A stretch of DNA of 63,728 bases, counting the filler. It is 4 parts of 4 records of this genome, joined end to end, with 100 filler letters (N's around TTAATTAATTAA, not from the genome) between each part and the next. Parts side by side here need not be neighbours in the genome. Positions count along the whole stretch, not along the records: positions 58,750 to 63,728 come from SRR20825010_6204; 3 more parts are not named here. One strand, written 5' to 3'. Position 1 is the stretch's first letter, and each line of letters opens with the position of its first letter. The translations under genes were made by a program, and so were the position numbers. The notes under the pieces are model-generated. The model did not search any database. It was given only the letters and a program-made list of their open reading frames with translations, and had not been told where the DNA came from. This document shows positions 59,907 to 63,728 of the stretch, one piece after another.

Positions 59907-62402
59907 ATGCGTTTTAAACTACTACTATTAATTGCCCTTTTTTGTGGTTCTTTTGCTAGCCAAGCACAAGAATATTTACAAATGATCGACGCCGGTACCT
60001 ACAAAGTTCAAGATGTTATAAACAGTGCTGAAACTTACTTTGCAAATAGAGACAAAGGACGTGGTACGGGGTATAAACAATTTAAAAGATGGGAATATAA
60101 CGCCACAAGAATGGTCAAAGAAAACGGATATCTTCCTACAGCGGAAGAACGTTTAAATGAGCTAGAACGTTGGAATGCATATTTGAACACAACAGCACAA
60201 AGTAGACAAGTTCTTAATGACAATTGGGAAGAACTTGGTCCTCAATCCTGGAATGCCACTTCTGGATGGAATCCTGGAGTTGGAAGAATCACTGGTCTTT
60301 CTATTGAAGAAGGAAACATAGACCATATGATTATTGGAGCTAATACTGGTGGAGTATGGAGAACTACAGATGGAGCACAAACATGGACTCCGCTTTGTGA
60401 TTATTTTTCAAACATGTCAGTATACTCTGTTGCTATTGATCCAGCAGATGCTGACACCTATTTATTTGGGTCAACAAATGGAAACATTTTTAAATCTACA
60501 GATGCAGGAGCAACTTGGAATCTATTAGGGACAATTGGGAATAGTTCTGTGAATAAAATTCTAATGCACCCAACAGATAGCAACATTATTTTTGCAACGG
60601 CTGAAAATGCTGGAGTATACCGTTCTATTGATGCAGGTGCAAATTGGGTAAAAGTGGTTGCCAATGATTCAAGAGGTTATGACGTAGAATTTAAACCTGG
60701 AGATCTTTCTGTAGTATACGCTTCTGGAACAGGATTTCATAAATCTACTGATGGTGGAGCTACATTTACTTCAATAGGTGGTTTTTCTACCGGTCCAAAA
60801 ATGATAGGTGTATCTGCAGATGATGCTAACGTTGTATATGTGGTAGAAGCTTCAGGAAGTAGGTTTGGTGCTTTTTATAATTCAAGTAATAGTGGAGATA
60901 GTTTTACAAAAATTAATCATGGAAGTCTAAACTTTTTTGGTTATAGTATAACAGGAAATGATAACAACGGCCAAGCACCACGTGATATGGCTATTGCAGT
61001 AAACCCAAGTGATGCAGATGAAGTACATATTGCTGGTATTCTTACTTGGCGTTCAACGAATGGAGGTGTAGATTTTAGTTGTACCGCAGATTGGACTCCT
61101 AATGGCGCACTAGGTGCAAATATTGGGTATTGCCATGCAGATGTAGATGATCTTCAGTTTTATGGAACTACCTTATTTGCTATTACTGATGGAGGTGTTT
61201 ATAAAGCTGAAAATACAGGTACTGTAAATAGTACTTATTATGAAGATCTTACAGATGGATTGGGAATACGCCAGTTTTATAAAATAGGGATTTCTCAAAC
61301 TCAAGAAGTAATTGTTTCCGGAGGTGCACAAGATAATGGTACTTCATTTTATTCAGAAGCTACAGGGGTATGGAGAGATTGGCTAGGTGCTGATGGAATG
61401 GAAACATTTATTGATAAAACTAATAGTAACACCTTCGTTGGTACAAGTCAAAATGGCCAATTATATCGTTCTGCAAATGGTGGAAATTCATATATCGGAA
61501 TGACTGAGCCTGGAAATGGTTCTGGAAACTGGGTAACTCCATTAGAGCAAGATCCGGTTCTTGTTAATACGCTTTATGTTGGCTATAATTATGTTTATAA
61601 AACTAGTAATTACGGAGGTTCTTGGGAAGCTATATCTCAAAATTTAGGTGGAAACCTAAATAATTTAAAGATATCTCCTTCAGATAATCAAGTAATGTAT
61701 GCTGCAAGAGGCCCATTTTTATATAGAACACGAGATGCTGGAGCAACAGATTGGGTACAAGTTACTTTGCCAGGAGGAGTAATAAACTCAATTGCTATTA
61801 ACCCTACTAACCCAGATAAAGTAGCAGTAGCAACATCAGGTTCTAATCGTGTATTTGTTACTGAAGATGGAGGAGACACTTGGGAAAACTATAAAAAGAA
61901 CCTTCCAAACTTTACAGCACTTGCTGTAACTTGGGATGATAATGGTAAAGAAGGTCTTTATTTAGGTATGGATTACGGAATTTACTATATAGATAATACT
62001 TATACAGACTGGCAACCATATAGCAACCTATTGCCAAACGTTATTATTAATGAATTGGAAGTTAATAATACAACAAATATGCTTTATGCAGCTACCTATG
62101 GAAGAGGCCTTTGGGCGTCTCCTTTAGTAGATAGTACTGCTGGTGTAGAAGATGTATTGTCTGAAAGCTCTGTAAGTGTTTATCCAAACCCAGCAACTTC
62201 AGAAATTACAATCGAGTTGCCAAAAGCTATGAATGGTGAAATAAGAATTTTTGATATTACTGGTAAACTTCTTATGTTTGAAGCACAAACGCTTATTCCT
62301 AATAAGCATACTGTAAATGTTTCATCATTACCTTCAGGGGTGTATTTTGTTCGCCTAAACAGTGAAGAAGGTACAGCAACAAAAAAACTTCTTATAAACT
62401 AG
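59907..62402 (+). CDS. BNR/Asp-box (VPS10/GH74-like) beta-propeller protein with T9SS type A sorting domain
   Basis: Signal peptide; about ten S/T-x-D/N-x-G-x-x-W/F repeats; ATYGRGLW; C-terminal domain VYPNPA...DITGK...SGVYFV...KK. Confidence 0.88.
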   Translation: MRFKLLLLIALFCGSFASQAQEYLQMIDAGTYKVQDVINSAETYFANRDKGRGTGYKQFKRWEYNATRMVKENGYLPTAEERLNELERWNAYLNTTAQSRQVLNDNWEELGPQSWNATSGWNPGVGRITGLSIEEGNIDHMIIGANTGGVWRTTDGAQTWTPLCDYFSNMSVYSVAIDPADADTYLFGSTNGNIFKSTDAGATWNLLGTIGNSSVNKILMHPTDSNIIFATAENAGVYRSIDAGANWVKVVANDSRGYDVEFKPGDLSVVYASGTGFHKSTDGGATFTSIGGFSTGPKMIGVSADDANVVYVVEASGSRFGAFYNSSNSGDSFTKINHGSLNFFGYSITGNDNNGQAPRDMAIAVNPSDADEVHIAGILTWRSTNGGVDFSCTADWTPNGALGANIGYCHADVDDLQFYGTTLFAITDGGVYKAENTGTVNSTYYEDLTDGLGIRQFYKIGISQTQEVIVSGGAQDNGTSFYSEATGVWRDWLGADGMETFIDKTNSNTFVGTSQNGQLYRSANGGNSYIGMTEPGNGSGNWVTPLEQDPVLVNTLYVGYNYVYKTSNYGGSWEAISQNLGGNLNNLKISPSDNQVMYAARGPFLYRTRDAGATDWVQVTLPGGVINSIAINPTNPDKVAVATSGSNRVFVTEDGGDTWENYKKNLPNFTALAVTWDDNGKEGLYLGMDYGIYYIDNTYTDWQPYSNLLPNVIINELEVNNTTNMLYAATYGRGLWASPLVDSTAGVEDVLSESSVSVYPNPATSEITIELPKAMNGEIRIFDITGKLLMFEAQTLIPNKHTVNVSSLPSGVYFVRLNSEEGTATKKLLIN

Positions 62403-62421
62403 AAATCATTTTATTTTATGG

Positions 62422-62461
62422 AATGCTTCAGGAAAATATCTTTTTCTGAAGCATTTTTTTT
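62422..62461 (+). terminator. intrinsic terminator
   Basis: AATGCTTCAG...CTGAAGCATT plus T-run. Confidence 0.8.
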
Positions 62462-62483
62462 ATCTTGCCATCAGTAATTAACT

Positions 62484-63104
62484 ATGGAATTTTCTTCAAA
62501 ACTTCTTGAAAATGCGGTAAACGAAATGTCCCAACTCCCCGGAATTGGAAAACGTACTGCATTGCGTTTAGTGCTTCACCTACTTAAACAACCTAAGGAG
62601 CAAACACACAAACTAACAGCTACAATATTAAAAATGCGCGAGAATATAAATTTTTGTGCAAATTGTAATAATATAAGTGATACCCAATTGTGTGAAATAT
62701 GCGCCAATCCGCGTCGAGATGAAAAATTGGTGTGCGTGGTTGAAGACATAAGAGACGTTATGGCTATAGAAAATACAAGTCAATACCGTGGACACTATCA
62801 TGTTTTGGGTGGAAAAATTTCACCAATGGACGGCATTGGTCCGGGCGATTTGTCTATTCCTTCTCTGGTAGAAAAAGTAAAGAAAGGAAATATCAATGAG
62901 CTTATTTTTGCACTCAGTTCAACAATGGAAGGAGACACCACAAACTTTTATATTTTTAAGCAAATAGAGCCTTATAATATAACCACAACAACCATAGCTC
63001 GAGGTATTTCAGTAGGAGATGAGTTAGAGTATGCCGATGAGGTTACACTCGGTAGAAGTATCCTGCATAGAGTCCCATTTGAATCTTCATTAAAAAATAC
63101 ATAG
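62484..63104 (+). CDS. recR: recombination mediator RecR
   Basis: [14 protein letters not shown]......[28 protein letters not shown]. Confidence 0.97.
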   Translation: MEFSSKLLENAVNEMSQLPGIGKRTALRLVLHLLKQPKEQTHKLTATILKMRENINFCANCNNISDTQLCEICANPRRDEKLVCVVEDIRDVMAIENTSQYRGHYHVLGGKISPMDGIGPGDLSIPSLVEKVKKGNINELIFALSSTMEGDTTNFYIFKQIEPYNITTTTIARGISVGDELEYADEVTLGRSILHRVPFESSLKNT

Positions 63105-63107
63105 CTG

Positions 63108-63728
63108 TTGAAACTCTCGGTTGTAATTCTTAATTATAATGTACGCTACTTTTTAGAGCAGTGTTTAATATCTGTTCAAAAAGCAATAGAAAATTGTGAA
63201 GCAGAAATCATTGTTATCGATAATGACTCTAAGGATGGTAGCTGTGAAATGGTTAAAACTCTTTTTCCAAATGTTATTTTAATTGAAAACAAAGAGAATG
63301 TAGGTTTCAGCAAAGCGAATAACCAAGCAGTTGCAGTAGCTAAAGGCGAATATGTATGCATACTAAACCCTGATACAGCAGTTTCTGAAGATTCTTTTAC
63401 TGAAGCAATTAAATATTCCGAGAAAACAAATAACATAGGTGCTTTAGGTGTTTATTTGATGGATGGCACGGGAAACTTCCTTCCCGAAAGCAAACGAAAT
63501 TTGCCAACTCCAAAGGTTTCTTTAATGAAACTTTCAGGTTTCACACAGAAATATTATGCAAATCACCTTCTTGAAAACTCCAGCGGTAAAGCCGAAGTTT
63601 TAGTGGGTGCTTATATGTTATTAAAACGAAGTATCTATAATGAAGTAGGTGGTTTCGATGAAGATTACTTTATGTATGGCGAAGATATTGACCTTTCATA
63701 CAAAATAACAAAAGCAGGCTATCAAAAT
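63108..63728 (+). CDS. glycosyltransferase family 2 (3' truncated; not in ORF track)
   Basis: TTG start, KLSVVILNYNV..FLEQCL, VIDN.S.DGS, N.GFSKANN, LNPD, GFDEDYFMYGEDID. Confidence 0.9.
   Translation, partial: MKLSVVILNYNVRYFLEQCLISVQKAIENCEAEIIVIDNDSKDGSCEMVKTLFPNVILIENKENVGFSKANNQAVAVAKGEYVCILNPDTAVSEDSFTEAIKYSEKTNNIGALGVYLMDGTGNFLPESKRNLPTPKVSLMKLSGFTQKYYANHLLENSSGKAEVLVGAYMLLKRSIYNEVGGFDEDYFMYGEDIDLSYKITKAGYQN

Noticed and set aside
1-63728. CRISPR arrays, tRNA/rRNA genes, retron/RT, prophage or intact defence genes
   Set aside because: No regularly spaced repeats, tRNA cloverleaf motifs or relevant protein motifs seen in the intergenic regions or ORFs; inspection was by eye only

Overview
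The window is not one continuous locus. It is four contigs joined by three artificial 100-bp linkers (N44-TTAATTAATTAA-N44 at 21254-21353, 45132-45231 and 58650-58749). Taxonomic calls are inferred from gene content and composition. Contig 1 (1-21253; GC-rich, Marinobacter-like) is mostly housekeeping: hisB'HAF, yibQ/ctpA/envC/gpmI, rhodanese/secB, trmL, thiolase, folM, cca, a TraF-like barrel divergent from flgP/flgT-like genes, and a suf operon. Contig 2 (21354-45131; Alcanivorax-like) carries DUF805, YkvA, ParA, a P450, gor, an FMN-binding glutamate synthase, a lytic transglycosylase, a Rieske protein, ppsA/ppsR and prpD/prpF/acnD'. Between ppsR and prpD it also carries the most interesting region, a lower-GC accessory block. 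This block holds a decayed HEPN/MNT toxin-antitoxin pair that the ORF track misses. It also holds an operon of four divergent secreted DUF6160/FilA-like proteins, each with a Sec signal peptide followed directly by a double-glycine-type leader motif, with no processing or export machinery in the locus. Contig 3 (45232-58649; Cytophagales-like) has prmA, tpiA, uvrA, an ECF sigma factor, nth, a frameshifted small gene, a tandem lipoprotein duplication that also copied the 5' end of the adjacent glycosyltransferase, gldB, a porin, rng and an unannotated bS22. Contig 4 (58750-63728; Flavobacteriaceae-like) has a sodium:solute symporter, a T9SS-secreted BNR-repeat protein, recR and a GT2. No rRNA, tRNA, CRISPR array, integrase or transposase was seen. 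All family assignments come from motif recognition by eye; no database searches were run.
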